Part shown: positions 25,924 to 41,620 of the stretch, piece by piece | Numbering within the stretch: the first letter of the stretch is position 1 | Layout of the letters: each line of letters begins with the position of its first letter | DNA from: Octopus sinensis | Taxonomy: Eukaryota | Direction: 5' to 3' | DNA length: 64,000 nt | Assembly (NCBI RefSeq): GCF_006345805.1 | Contig: NC_043014.1 | Location: forward strand, 1,922,001 to 1,986,000 | The notes under the pieces: generated by a model | What the model was told of the DNA's origin: nothing | The model's database searches: none | The model's input: the letters and a program-made list of their open reading frames with translations, nothing else | Translations under genes and position numbers: made by a program

Positions 25924-26888
25924 GTACATACATACATACATACATACATACATACATACTCTTTTACATGTTTCAGTCATTTGACTGCGGCCATGCTGGA
26001 GCACCGCCTTAAATCGGCCCCAGGAGTTATTCTTTGTAAGCCTAGTACTTATTCTATCGGTCTGTTTTGCCGAACCGCTAAGTTATGGGGACATAAACAT
26101 ACCAGCACCGATTGTCAAGCGATGGAGGGGAGACAAACACAGATACACACACATAAATACGCACACGCACATACACATACACGTACACATATATTTCTTT
26201 ATTGCCCACCAGGGGGCTAAACATAGAGGGGACAAACAAGGATAGACAAACGGATTAAGTCGATTACATCGACCCCAGTGCATAACTGGTACTTATTGAA
26301 TCGACCCCGAAAGGATGAAAGGCAACGTCGACCTCGGCGGAATTTGAACTCAGAACGTAACGGCAGCTGAAATACCGCTATGCATTGCGGCCGGCGTGCT
26401 AACGCTTCTGCCAGCTCGCTGCCTAAATACGCACAAGGCTTTGGTTGGTCCGAAGCTATAGTAGAAAACACTGCCCGAGGTGCCATGCAGTGGTACTGAA
26501 CCTGGAACCATGTGGCTGGTAAGCAATCTTCTAACCACACAGCCACGCCTACACACACACACACAGACATACATAAGGAAACGCTTATTGTGCAACAATA
26601 GCTCAGCCTTAGTTGAGAGAAAGTATAAACGGAGGAGTTAATGTTAATCTTTTCCGCTAATCTCTCTCTTCCTGTTTCTCAGTTGATGTCAGTTTCTAGC
26701 AAAGCATTGAGGAAACGGTCGGATATGAGTAAACAAATAAAACACCCACTACATTGAACAGGTGTGAGTGAGTGTGTGTGAATGTATATACATATGTGTA
26801 ACATATGTATGTATCTGAACATGTGTAACATATGTATGTATGTGAATATGTGTGTGTATATATATATATATATGTAAACATATACATA

Positions 26889-26930
<42 letters not shown>

Positions 26931-28763
26931 CATATATATGTATATATATGTGTGTATATATATGTCAGTATGCATGTATATATATATATATACATACATA
27001 CATACATATATATATTATATTTGATTTTTTATATATATATATATTTACATATATACATATACATAGACACACATATACATTGTGCGCGTGTGTTTATTTA
27101 ATAACAGGTTGACTCAGCTCGTATGAAAGCTTCCTACGCACAATGTGTGTGTATATACATACATACATATATATATATAATCCCCACAATGCACCCTTAC
27201 ATAAGAATGTATGTGCATATGTGTATATATATGTTTGTGCCTATCTATGCATAAAAATGAATGCATTTATGTATGTACACGCATATTTGATATATTTATA
27301 AAAATAATTACATATAATAATACTGTTAATTCACAATACTGGATCTTAATAGGGCAAATGCATACACATTTATGAATTCATCTTTTATTTTAGTGGATAT
27401 ATTATCTTTCTTGTATTTGATACTCAACTGAATTGGATATCAATACACTTGATAAACCCTGGGACAAGTAAAAGATCCATTGTTGATCACATAATGGTGT
27501 GAGAAAAATTTACAAATTAAAACGGAAATAATCACGCAAGATCGCCAACGAATTTTCAATATTGTTAAATAATATTACATTATTATTATTATTATTATTA
27601 TTATATAATATCGTTATATACACGCACATATTGTAATGAATCATAATAAATTTTTTGGTAGGCAACCCAAGAATTGTAAGGTGATTTTCAAGAAATACTG
27701 AATATAAATAATCGTGTTTGCCAAAATAGAATTTACAAAAATTCAAGCTTCTTAAGATTGTTATGCATATTACCATGCTTATTATTGTTAATAACATTAT
27801 TATTATTATTATTATCATTATTATTATTACTATCGATAAAAATGTATCATCTGAGACTGGTGTCGATCTATTAGACTAGCCCCTCCCCCCAAATTTTTGC
27901 CAATAGTAGAAAGGATTATTATTATCATTATCATTATTTTTATTATTATTATTTTATTATTATCACGTATTGTATTCTATTTGCCAGAAGAAAATTGAAG
28001 TTTGTAACAGAAAAATAAACAACACATTATCTGATGATTCGTACTTGTTTATTAATTGAACTCTCGTTAATTAATATTATGCTTGTTAATTATCTATGTG
28101 TTAGTTAATTAGAAAGCAGTAAAAAGAGAAGGACAGAACAGGAACGCTTAACGGCTAAAAATATGTGATGTAATCAGCAAGAAAAGAGAAAACAAGCGGG
28201 ACAAGTTTGAACAAAAGTGTTTTAGCATAACGCTTCAGAGGAAAAGAGTCTGTACGTTTCGGATGTCAGTCTTTCATCAGAAAATGGAATGGAAAAGAAA
28301 TGATAAGATAAGGTGGTGAACAAACAGGGAAAAAAGTAGTAATTCTCTAGAGGTGAGTAATAGAAGAGTTGAAAAAAGTAAACAAAACAATCTCCAAAAC
28401 AAACTCTCCAGAAAAAGAAGTGATATTTTTGTTAAGAATATATTTTTGCCAAGTCTTAACAAAATATGTAGATTTTCCAGAATAAAACAATGTTTAGTGA
28501 ATACACGAATGAAAATTTCTGGGGAAATAAATATAGAAAAAAATATATATAAAGTGAAAAATATAAATAATACACGTAATTTAAAAGCTGAAGTTTAGTA
28601 AAAGATTAGAATGAACAAAGTCGAATGATGCTGAGAAAAAGTAACATACACATAAAAGTAGTGAACGCCCCAGAATGGCCACAATCTAACGGCTGAAACA
28701 AGTAGAAGATATGTATGTGTATAAACACATACATAAATACACGCATATACATACACACACATA

Positions 28764-28818
<55 letters not shown>

Positions 28819-29014
28819 ATATATACGTGCCCATACACACACGGACGTATATATGGGTACGTTTGCAGAATTCCTTTGTAAATATCTTTTAGTGATGCCA
28901 TAACGTGATCCAATATTGCCTTACCATGCACACAGACACAGTACGGGCACAGATATGTATACACACGTACACACATGCACGCACAATCTAATACTTAAAC
29001 ATAAACACGTTGAT

Positions 29015-29406
29015 AGGAGTGGCTGTGTGGTAAGTAGCTTGCTAACCAACCACATGGTCCCGGGTTCAGTCCCACTGCGTGGCATCTTGGCAAGTGTCTT
29101 CCGCTATAGCCCCGGGCTGACCAATGCCTTGTGAGTGGATTTGGTAGACGGAAACTGAAAGAAGCCTGTCGTATATATATATATATGTGTGTGTGTATGT
29201 GTTTGTGTTTGTCCCCCTAGCATTGCTTGACAACCGATGCTGGTGTGTTTACGTCCCCGTCACTTAGCGGTTCGGCAAAAGAGACCGATAGAATAAGTAC
29301 TGGCCTTACAAAGAATAAGTCCCGGGGTCGATTTGCTCGACTAAAGGCGGTGCTCCAGCATGGCCGCAGTCAAATGACTGAAACAAGTAAAAGAGTAAAA
29401 AGAGTA
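29015..29406 (+). mobile_element. SINE family B, near full length
   Basis: Collinear with 7812-8228. Confidence 0.9.
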
Positions 29407-29620
29407 ATATATATATATGCAATTTTAAAACTGTTATAATACTTACAGTGTTTAATTAAATGAAGTAGCATGAAACGATTGTACTACACTACTTTGGATA
29501 TCCTTGTTGCTTATTTTGATTATAATCACCCCATTTGATATATACGGATAATACCATACCAAATTCTGGTGCCTTTAACTTAAGTACCATATTCATCTGA
29601 ATCTAAATTTTGATGAACTG

Positions 29621-29652
<32 letters not shown>

Positions 29653-30012
29653 GTGTGTGTAAATGTAAAAAAATACAAACTGGGACAAGAACGTGAAACA
29701 TTTAGAAGACGATACAAAAAACACGGACGGGACATTCGAAGCCTTCAATCTTCAGTCAAGACCCGGATCATCTTCGCAATTTCGGCTGATTAATTTTGAG
29801 ATTGCTCCGATCTGGCCAGCCCCAAAGGAAAATCTAAGCCAAGCGCATTAGATTCCTTGGAAGAAAGCCTCGAATGTATACTAAACAAGGACGGAAAAAC
29901 GGACGATGTTACACGAATAAGAATACAAAAATACGTAAAAATAATAATGATAATAATAATAATAATATACACACTCATATGTATACAAATACATATCCAT
30001 ATACAACATACA

Positions 30013-30052
<40 letters not shown>

Positions 30053-30538
30053 TGTATATACATATATATACAGTCGCACGCAAGCTAAAACATAAACATG
30101 CATGCCAATATGATGTCTTTTCAAGAACTAATCAAGAAAAATCAAAATATTTTATTTCTAAAATCAATAACCTCCAACAACAAACAAACCAGTCGACTGT
30201 TTTCTATTTTGCTTTTGATAAAATTTCGCACCAATTGTTTTTCTTTTAAAGAAACTGCATTCATTTGAAGCCAAAGGCAAATATTTGTCCTTTTGGTTTC
30301 GATATCTACCCCTTTATTTGAAGTTGGGGTGTTAATGTTTTGCGTTGGGATTCCTTTTAATGCCTTGTCTCTAAAGGCGAGGATCGTAATTTAGAAGGGG
30401 TCTTGGTGTAAAGATGGCGTAAAACTTCACATTCAAATAAGCGAATGAATGTGTGCTATCGGTATTGTTGATACACCCCAGCGTAAAACCTACATACATA
30501 CATGCAAATACGTGTATGCATATGTGTTTATATATCTT

Positions 30539-30570
<32 letters not shown>

Positions 30571-30723
30571 TATATTAGAAAAATTGAGGTAATCAGATCA
30601 GATGGTTCATATTTGTAGATATTTATTTATATATTACATTTTTTACATATATATCATATCATTCGGATTAGCGCTTGCTCCCATTCTAGTGGGTTTACCT
30701 GTACATCATCTCCAAACCTTCCG

Positions 30724-30757
<34 letters not shown>

Positions 30758-31060
30758 GCGTGTATAAATATATGTTTGTGTATATATATATATATACACA
30801 TGTATAAATATATATATATATATGAATACATATACATACATATATATATATACATATATGTACATATATATATATATATAAATACATGTATGTACATATA
30901 TTCCTAGCTACTTGGTTTCGGGTTCAGTCCCACTGTATGGCACTTTGGGCAGGTGTCGTCCGCTATAGCCCTGAGTCGACCGAAGCTTTGTGATTAAATT
31001 CGGTAGGCGGAAGTTACTGCCGTGTGTGTATGTGTGCGTGTAGGTGCTCAGTGCCTCTCC

Positions 31061-31098
<38 letters not shown>

Positions 31099-31449
31099 AT
31101 ATAAATATATATTTCTTTACTACCCACAAGGGGCTAAACATAGAGGGGACAAACAAGGACAGACAAAGGGAGTAAGTCGATTACATCGACCCCAGTGCGA
31201 AACTGGTACTTTATTTATCGACCCCGAAAGGATGAAAGGTAAAGTCGACCTCGGCGGAATTTGAACCCAGAACGTAACGACAGACGAAAAACCGCAAAGC
31301 ATTTCGCCCGGCGCGTTAACGTTTCTGCCAGCTCGCCGCCCTAGGGGATATATAAATATATATGAAAACATATATGTGCATATATATGTACATTATACAC
31401 ACATACATATATGTATATATACATATATATATATGTATATATACATGTG

Positions 31450-31480
<31 letters not shown>

Positions 31481-32772
31481 AAGATATATAAACGCATATG
31501 TATATATATATATATATATATATCTATATATATACATATGTACATATATTTATATATGAAGATGTATGTGTGTATGTATATATATATGTGTGTGTTTGTA
31601 TGTTTATATGTATGTATATACATACATACATTTATAGGTCTCTTTTTGTTAATTATGTTATTTTTCCTTATTTTCTTCTAGTTAATAAAAAAAAATCAAG
31701 ACGAAACTCCATATGAAACCGTTGTAATTATTATTTGCATGTTTGTTTGGTATTTCACCGATTCCAAAAATTTTCCCCTCCCGCATTCCAAATTTTTTTT
31801 TCTGTATAAACATGAATGCTTTGCGTTTTACACAAACATACATTCTACTGTGTAGCTTTAACATAGATTACGTGTCAGATAAGCCTCTTTGAACTTTTTA
31901 CCTCTATAAAAACATGTTTCAGTTTAATTGAATAACCATTTCCATTGTTATTCCAAGTGCTGTAAGCTGGTAGAATCGTTACAGCGTCAGAAAATATGAC
32001 TTTTTGTGGTCATTTTTTACGGCACTGTAGCATTCTATGTTCAAATCTTGCCGATGTCACTTTGACTTTTCCATCTTCCGGGGTCGATAAAATAAAGTAC
32101 TAGTGAAGTACTGCGATCGTTGGTATCGACCAATTCCGATCCGGGAAAATTTCTGATATTCTGTCTCTCTCAGAAACCATTTAAAACGTCGACTTGGTAG
32201 AACCGTTTGGTTGTTGGGAAAAAATCCTTTGCTTTATATTTTCCGGGGTTTTTTTTGCGTTCTAAGTTCAAATCCTGCCGGGGCCAACTTTGCTTTTTAT
32301 CCCACCGAAGTTGATGAAATAAACGAACAGTCTAAGAACTGTGGAAGAAAGTGTCGACTAATTCCCCTCCCCTCAATGTTGTTCGCATTGTGACTAAATT
32401 AGAAGTGATTATTTCCTCATCAATACATTACTGAAAAAAAAAAATACTGCACGTCCCGTTCTGTAGAGCACCAGACAAAAGACATTGCGTTGTTTAGTTC
32501 TGTCAGTTTATGTCCTCAATTCGAATCCAGCCGAGATCAACTTCGCGTTTCACCTCTTCGGGGGTCGATAAAATAAAATAGCAGTCAAGCAGTGGTGGTA
32601 ATACTATCGACCAACTCCTCACCCTTAAATCGTTGGCCTTGCACCAATATTGGGAACAGAATCGGAGAAGATGCTTTGAGGCATTTCATTTCTGGTAATT
32701 TTAATCCCATATATTATTCCTAAAATTGAAAATTGTTCGTGCAATCTACATCACAAAAACACACACACACAC

Positions 32773-33044
<272 letters not shown>

Positions 33045-33049
33045 ATATT

Positions 33050-33170
33050 GGTAAAAACGGTAAGATAACAAAAGAAAGAAAGGGACCTCAATATTATGTA
33101 AATAGAGGAACTTATCTGTAGAATAATATGTGACAATTATTCGGCTACCGAATAATTGTCACATATTATT
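33050..33170. mobile_element. Collapsed copy of foldback family 4
   Basis: Same tail as 61152-61225, followed by a perfect 23-bp hairpin (33122-33144 / 33148-33170, loop cta). The internal hammerhead region is deleted. Confidence 0.7.
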
Positions 33171-34009
33171 TATATATATATACATACGTATAGGTATTTC
33201 GTACGTAAGGCGTAAGATTGTGTATTTCTTACGTAAGATTGTGTAGCTAAATACCATATAAATAATGTTTCGTGTTTTGTTTTCTTCATACCTGACCTCT
33301 CAGCGGCTTCTTTACGCCTTATAGAACTAATCTGAGATTCTAACAATGAGTTTTATTACGAATGATGTCCATCTCACTTATTTTAAAGACTGGCTCTCAT
33401 CTATTTTCCCCACAAAACCTTCCAGTCATCAAAACCACAATTATTTCTACGAAACGAATGAAATGTTCAAAAGAAGCTGTATGATTTGTTCAGGAATATG
33501 TCACGATTCCAACATCTGAATATAATGGAGGAAACTCCAAATCAACAAAAAAGTGAAAGTAATTCGTCCTCATTTTTATAAATGGCAATTTCGTTCTTCG
33601 GATTTTAAGATGCTAAAAGCACAACTTTGATAAATTGGTTCATTACCGCCGTATTTTGTATCTTTAAAATCTGGAGAAGTGAAGACGTGTGGCCAAGTGG
33701 TTTGGGAGTTAAACTCAAGATCGGGATATGATGCGTTCGATTCCGGGGCCGGCCGGTGCGTTGGGCTTTTAAGCGAAGCGTTTCATTTCATTTTGCTCCA
33801 GTCTACTCAGTTGCAAACGATTGACCCAGCAATGGACAGACCCTTTCTTAGGGTATGTTGTGAACTCGGTCGCTTATACGCCTGCGAAACCGGGTAACCA
33901 CCTCATTGGGTCCTGGGATCCAAGACAGTAATATTCAGAGGCTGCTGCTGCTGATGATGAAGAAAATCAGGAGGGTGTTATTCGTTCACTCACTTGCCGA
34001 TTTTAATAT

Positions 34010-34428
34010 CTGTTTCTTTACTACCCACAAGGGGCTAAACATAGAAAGGACAAACAAGGACAGACAAACGGATTAAGTCGATTATATCGACCCCAGTGCG
34101 TAACTGGTACTTATTTAATCGACCCCGAAAGGATGAAAGGCAAAGTCGACCTCGGCGGAATTTGAACTCAGAACGTAGCGACGGGCAAAATACCTATTTC
34201 TTTACTACCCACAAGGGGCTAAACACAGAGAGGACAAACAAGGACAGACAAACAGATTAAGCCGATTAAATCGACCCCAGTGCGTAACTGGTACTTAATT
34301 TATCGACCCCGAAAGGATGAAAGGCAAAGTCAGCCTCGGCGAAATTTGAACTCAGAACGTAGCGACTGGCGAAATACCGCGAAGCACTTCACCCGGCGTG
34401 CTAACGTCTCTGCCACCTCGCCGCCTTA
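34010..34428 (-). mobile_element. SINE A, tandem-unit copy
   Basis: Two core units plus head in reverse orientation. Confidence 0.85.
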
Positions 34429-34902
34429 TGTCGATTTTAATATCTTTTTGGTTGTCATATATCTTCACCATTTTCTCCATTTCCATCCTTCCCCATCTAC
34501 CCCCCCCCCCCCCCACTAATAATACATTTAACTCAGCTACATATATTTTGGAACAACACTTGTCTGATTTTTTCTCCCCAGACTTTTCAATTCTCTGTTC
34601 CCTAAATCCTCTCACCTCTACCCCGCCAATTCTGCATCTTACCGTCGGTTGCGTCAGAATCTCTAATGAGCCGAATAATCTTCGCGATTCCGGATGTATT
34701 CCAGCAACCGATTCAACTTCCTTTCATTAAACACAAACCAGACATCACGCTGAAACATGGAATTAGGAGGGGTTTGTTTTTCTTTCCCTCACCTTATCTC
34801 ACACTTTTCTCCTACCATCGTGCGCGTGTGTGTGAGTGTATGCACATAAATATATACATACATATATACATATATATATGTATATATATATATATATATA
34901 TA

Positions 34903-34951
<49 letters not shown>

Positions 34952-35042
34952 TTTTTATGTATATGCGTACATACACATATAAATATATATTTATGTGTGT
35001 GTGTGTTATGTATTAAGCATGTAAGAATTTATACATATACAT

Positions 35043-35092
<50 letters not shown>

Positions 35093-35260
35093 TATATATA
35101 TATGCGCGCGCGTGTGTGTGTGTCTATTATATATGCCCATACAAAAATATACACACACACACTTAGATATATGTAAATTATATATTAATAGCTAACTATC
35201 TTCTAATATACAATATTTAATAATATTTGTGTGTGCATCTCTCTCTCTCTCTCTCTCTCT

Positions 35261-35304
<44 letters not shown>

Positions 35305-36109
35305 CATATATATACACACATATACGCACACGTATGATATATATATATATATATACATATGTATATATATACATACGTATATATATCAATATATACGTAT
35401 GTTCGAGTGTAGGTATATAATGAGAGAGAGAGTGAGAGGGGCGGGGAAACCAAGCATATGCCTGGTGAATGAGTTTAATCCTGAGCTTTTTCGAAAACCC
35501 TGAACCTTTTTCTTGTTTTTTCTTTCTTGTTGCGAAGGTAAACATAATTTGCCTTCCAACGCCATTTTTTTTACCCAACATTTCGTGTCTTTTATACGCT
35601 TTAACAAATATTTATTAAACATTATACATCATACAAGAAGAAGAAGAAGAAGAAGAAGAAGATAGGTCCTGTCAGTGGAGATTAACCATGCATGTAGACA
35701 TTCAGGCGCTGGCAATTGCCCCTGCAGTCTCTCCTCTCTCTCTGACATTGATGTTTATCCAAAGAAAAGGGCCGCCCACTTGGGCCAGTACAGCTTGGCA
35801 CCAGTGCCGTTGCCGATGCAAACAGCCGAAAGCAGACACCATAACGCATTGCGCCCCACCATGACCACCACCACACTGAATAGGTAATCTTTTTATCGAA
35901 CCACGAAAGGATGAAAGGCAAAGGTGATGTCGGCAGAAGTGAACACGAAACGTAGAAATTTGTGGGTGTGGGTCTTTTCATCTTCTCCACCCCAAAATGG
36001 TGTGATTGCCGAAGTTAAGACCGGTGGGATTTGAACTCAGAACCTATTCTGTCCAATCCTCAAACGCTTCTCTCAATACACCACCTTAATGATTTCAAAT
36101 TTTTGCCAC

Positions 36110-37280
36110 AAGTGTACTTTTAGGGGAGGGAATTAAGTCGATTATATCGTCCCCAGTGCATAACTGGTACCTATTTAATCGACCCCGAAAGGATGATAGG
36201 CAAAGTCGACCTCGGTGGAATTTGAACTCAGAACGTAGCAGCAGACGAAATACCTATTTCTTTACTATCCACAAGGGGCTAAACATAGAAGGGACAAACA
36301 AGGACAGACAAACGCATTAAGTGGATTACATCGACCCCAGTGCGTAACTGGTACTTATTTAATCGACCCCAAAAGGATGAAAAGCGAAGTCGACCTCGGC
36401 GGAATTTGAACTCAGAACGTAACGGCAGACAAAATACCACTAAGCATTTTGCCCAACGAGCTAACCATTCTGCCAGCTGGCCGCCTATACAGAGCCTTAA
36501 TAATATGCATAAATTATTAATCATCCTGAATATGAATTATTATTATTATAAATTATAATTATAATTATTATAAATTTTTACGTGTGGCAGTGTGGTAAGA
36601 AGTTTGCTTCCTAAAAACATGATTATGGGTTCAATCCCACTGTGTGGCACTTTGGGCAAGTGTCTTTTACAATACCCTCGTGAGTAGTAAAGAAATAAGT
36701 ATTTTGTCTGCCGTTACGTTCTGAGATCAAATTCCGCTGAAGTCGATGAAGCCTTTCATCCTTTTGGGGTCGATAAATTAAGTACCAGTTGCGTGCTGGG
36801 GTCGATCTAATCGACTGGCCTCTTCCCCCAAAATTTCGGGCCTTGTGTCTAGAGTAGAAAGGAATATTTTTAGATGTAAGGCGGTGAGCTGGCAGAAACG
36901 TTAGCATGCCGGGCAAGATGCTTAGTGGTATTTCGTCTGCCGTTTCGTTCTGAGTTCAAATTCCGCCGAGGTCAACTTTACTTTTCATCCTTTCGGGGTC
37001 GATAAATTAAGTACCAGTTACGTACTGGGGTCGATATAATTGACTTAATCTGTCTGTCTGTTCTTGTTTGTCTCCTCTGTCTTTAGCACCTTGTGGGTAG
37101 TAAAGAAATAGATATTTCGTCTGCCGTTACGTTCTGAGTTCAAATTCCGCTGAGGTCGACTTTGCCTTTCATCCTTTCGGGGTCGATAAATTACTAGTTG
37201 CGCACTGGGGTCGATATAATCGACTGGTCCCCTCCCCAAAAATTTCGGGTGTTGCGCCTACAATAGAAAAGAATATTTTT
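36110..37280. mobile_element. Cluster of SINE A copies in both orientations with a SINE B head
   Basis: Minus copy at about 36110-36485; plus copies at about 36680-36860 and 36880-37280. Confidence 0.8.
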
Positions 37281-37808
37281 AAATGTGTTTTTTAAATAAA
37301 AGTAATTTTTTCTTTGGCTTCTTTTAAATAATGTTCCTAACAGCCACCAAACTGGCCTAGTATGCTACTACTACAAACGTAAATAATATTACCCGAGCAA
37401 CTAATACAATAAAACATAAATGACTTTAACAGCTTCAGGATTAAATAAATTATATCGCCCCTGTTGACACTCAAATCCAGCGACTGATTCCATTTCTCAG
37501 AGTACCCACACCAGATATTATGTTTTCGGTCACTCTTTTGAAAATAATTTTTTCTATGGAGAACATAACGAACTGAAAACTGTTTCGTTTTTTTTAAATC
37601 TTTTTATTAAAATTGCAATATATAAGAAATAAAGTTTTAGAGAAGGTTCTGCAACATTTCTGCTTCAGCGTTTATATTAGCTTGGTGATATGTGTCTGCG
37701 AGAGAGATTTCCAATGTACCATCAGACAACATAAACCCATCTCACGTGTATTAACAGATGGGAGACATGGTTTTGTTTTAGAGGCGTTGAGATGTATTGA
37801 AAGATAAA

Positions 37809-38073
37809 GATAAGGAAATAATTTTATTCTCAAACGCAGGATAATGCTAATAATATAGCCTGAACAGGATAAACTAGCCATATTTTGCAGACGAATTTGT
37901 CGTTGGGCAGTTTAGCTGAATGATAAAGAATTTGGTATGTAATCACATGGATGTGAGTTGAGTCTCACGGCTGGCCGCCGACAGATTTTTCTGCAAAATA
38001 TGGATAGTTTATTCTGTTCATGCTATATTATTAGCATTATCCTGCGTTTGAAAATAAAATTATTTCTTTATCA
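37809..38073. mobile_element. MITE-like foldback element (inverted arms of about 100 bp)
   Basis: 37809-37911 is the near reverse complement of 37970-38073. No clear TSD or hammerhead core found. Confidence 0.65.
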
Positions 38074-38147
38074 AAATATATGTATATATATATATCCTTT
38101 CTCAGGTACATAAATTAAGCTCAACGAGAAACATTTATACATACATA

Positions 38148-38200
<53 letters not shown>

Positions 38201-38224
38201 GTATATATGTAAAAAAAAAGTGTA

Positions 38225-38555
38225 AAGACAACCTTTGGTCATGAAGGACCTTGAGATTGCACCTAGAAATTTACTCTCCAAGACCGGGCAAGGTTGTTTA
38301 TGGAAGACCAGCAGTCACCCATACATACCAGTCTCCCTGCTCCATGCCACTGATGTTATCCAAGGAAAAGGAAAAGGGGCCGATACAGCTTGGCACCTGT
38401 GACGTTGCAACTTATTTCTACAGCTGAGTGAACAGGAACAACGTGAAATAAAGTGTCTTGCTCAAGAACAGAACATACAGTGTGGTACGGGAATGGAACT
38501 CAATAGCTCGTGATTGTGAGCCCGGCGCTCTAACCACTGAGCCATGCGCCTTGTG
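38225..38555 (-). mobile_element. tRNA-derived SINE family D
   Basis: Head ggcgcatggctcagtggttagagcg and body ttgagcaagacactttatttcac...gccaagctgtatcggccc. Partial plus-strand copies at about 6125-6360 and 6485-6660. Confidence 0.8.
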
Positions 38556-38824
38556 TATATATGTATATAGTTATATACACATGCATATGAGAGAGGGGGT
38601 AGAAAGGCACGGATGTATAAATTGATAGATTTTATGTACTTTTTAAATTTATCAGATGATTACAATTCCGTTTAGATATAATAACCGTTTCTTGCCTCAC
38701 AACAATCATTATTCCAAACACATGTCGCAGATCATCTGGTTTGATGTAATTCTGAGATCAATAGAATATACCCAATTTGGGAGGGGGGGAGAACAGGGAA
38801 AAACAGTTGGAATGATATGAATAT

Positions 38825-39712
38825 TGTTGATATTGATGATGATGATGATGATGATGTGATGATGTAATGAAGATGATGATGATATGATGATGATGATGAT
38901 GATGATGGTGGTGGTGATGGATGATGATGATGATGATGATGATGGTAATGAAGATGATGATGATGGTGATGATGATGACAATGAAGATGATGATGATGCT
39001 GATGATGATGATGATGATGATGACAATGACGACGACAACTACTAAGACGATGATAAGGATGCTGATGAAGAAGAGCAGGAGGAGAATAATGATGAGGATG
39101 ATGATGGTGATGAAGATGATGATGGCAATGATGATGATGATGATAATGATGATGACGATGATGATGATGACACTGACGACGACGATTACTAAGGCGATGA
39201 TGATGATGTTAATGAAGAAGAGAAGGAGGAGGAGAATGATGAGGATGATGTTGGTGATGAAGATGATGATGACGTCGACATACTAATGAAGATGATGATG
39301 GTGATGATGATGATGATGATGATGGTAATGAAGATGCTGATGATGTGTGATGATGACAATAAGATGATGATGGATGCTGATGATGATGATGATGATGATG
39401 ACAATGACGACGACAACTACTAAGACGATGATAGGGGTGATGAAGAAGAGCAGGAGGAGACTGATGATGAGGATGATGATGGTGAAGATAGCTGATGATG
39501 GCAATGATGATGATGATGATAATGACTGATGACGATGATGATGATGACACTGACGACGACGATTACTAAGGCGATGATGATGATGTTAATGAGAAGAAGA
39601 GAAGGAGGAGGAGAATGATGAGGATGATGGTGGTGATGAGATGATGATGACGTCGACAATAATAACGATAATGAAGATGATGATGGTGATGATGATGATG
39701 ACAACGATGAAT
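38825..39712. repeat. Hierarchical (GAT)n-derived compound repeat
   Basis: Subunits of about 130-150 bp marked by gacgacgac(a/g)a(c/t)tactaag and gaagag(c/a)aggaggag, duplicated as a ~380-400-bp block. Confidence 0.8.
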
Positions 39713-40202
39713 GCCAGGGAGAAGTGCCAGCCATCGATAGAGGTACACTGTTAAACAGTTTTGTATTAACCATCAATTACACCAACGCCACAACACACAC
39801 ACACACATTCACACACATACGCGTACACACGTTCACGCACGACACACACCTTTAAAGCCGCTACTACTACTACCATGTTACCCGACCCAATTGAAGAGAC
39901 AAGATAAACGTGGATCCGCGTGACTCTCTGGTTAAATCATCAAAACCGCAATCGTTCAACAAAACAGATGATATATCTGTTCAGCTCCTTTCTAACAGCG
40001 CCACCTATAAAGAAAAAAATATGGCGGTGAGAATAATGTCTGTAACAGACTGAGCTGTTTGGCGGTGTTGTTTTAACATGTAACTATAGAGAGCAACTCG
40101 TTTACATACGGAAGAATAACAACATAATCATATACATTAATATACGTATTTATAGATATGCTTTAGCACACACACATATTTTATATATTATTCTATATAT
40201 AT

Positions 40203-40246
<44 letters not shown>

Positions 40247-41164
40247 ATATTATATATATGAATATATATATATATATATATAGATTACACCTATATACTC
40301 TCAATTAATTGTGTTGTGTAGTCAGACATACGAGTATACATAACGATATTCTTACAAAACGTTTAAATTTATATAAATCTGCTTGATGGGAATGCAACTA
40401 TATACGTATGTATATCCATATATACATAGTGTGTATAAATGCATATATATATATACATACAAACATACATACATACATAAATACACATACAAACACACAC
40501 ATGTATATAGAGTCATGCACACATATCGTCAGACTGTTAAGCATACACGCTCGGGTTGTCTTACATGTGCACAACCAAGCAAAACACTTAAATACATATT
40601 TATCTTTTGTTCCATACAGCTAAAATATTGTAAGCTCTGACCGTTCAGACAACATCTAAATACATTGTCACACTGCCCCACTTATCATTTACGCTCGGTA
40701 CACTTAAGATTTCTTGCCAATAGAGAAAAAGCCGGTTTCTCACCTAGATTCAAGTTTCTAACAAAGCTCCATCATTGGAATGTAAATAACGAAAACAATG
40801 TCACATGTTAAATTTGAGAAAATCTTACGTAATTTTATGTTCCGTTTACGGATTGTATTCGTAATGTGCGAATCAGTTGGTTGATTTGTTTTTCTTGAAA
40901 ACCCAAGCTTAGCCAGATTGTCATTTAGGCATACCAAGTACACCTAGTATTATTAGTATAAATGTGCGTTTAACCTCTGGGTATAGAAGCTAGAGGTTTC
41001 GAAGCAGTTGCCGTAGTTCTGCTGTTTCTCTTTGATTTTTGAAGGGATGCCCTCATCAGGATGCCCTCATCAGCAGGGCAGCTGACCTCCATGATGGTAC
41101 ACACGTTTTCTTCTTTGTCCCAAACGATATTAGGATTATCATGTTTTGTTCTGGTAGAAGTTTT

Positions 41165-41620
41165 CATACAGCTAAACATTTCGCCCGGCATGCTAACGTT
41201 TCTTATTTCTTTATTGCCCACACAGGGCTAAACATAGAGGAGACGAACAAGGACAGACAAAAGGACTAAGTCGATTACATCGACCACAGTGCGTAACTGG
41301 TATTTAATTTATCGGCCCCGAAAGGATGAAAGGCAATGTCGACCTCGGTGGAATTTGAATTCAGAAAGTAGCGACTGGCGAAATACCTATTTCTTTACTA
41401 CCCACAAGGGGCTAAACACAGAGGGGACAAATAAGGACAGACAAAGGGATTAAGTCGATTACATCGACTCCAGTGCGTAACTGGTACTTAATTTATCGAC
41501 TCCGAAAGGATGAAAGGCAAAGTCGACCTCGGCGGAATTTGAACTCAGAACGTAACGGCAGACGAAATACAGCTACTCATTTCGCCCGGCGTGCTAACGT
41601 TTCTGCCAGCTCGCCGCCTT
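41165..41620 (-). mobile_element. SINE A, tandem-unit copy
   Basis: Repeated core units and head in reverse orientation. Confidence 0.85.

Noticed and set aside
26205-26220. CTCF-like ccaccagggggc
   Set aside because: It is a point variant within a SINE A copy; a motif match alone is not evidence.
29443-29621. Possible Tc1-like element ending ...tttgatgaactg-TA
   Set aside because: The left and right ends share only cagt, so a TIR pair is not supportable.
29700-29800. ctgaaga motif in the 7177/29665 repeat family as a hammerhead
   Set aside because: It is followed by gaat rather than GAAA, and stem I does not pair.
40985-41075. Tandem ctgatgagggcatc (minus strand) as a hammerhead
   Set aside because: No stem II closes onto a GAAA and no valid stem III or NUH is present; it looks like a 14-bp local duplication.
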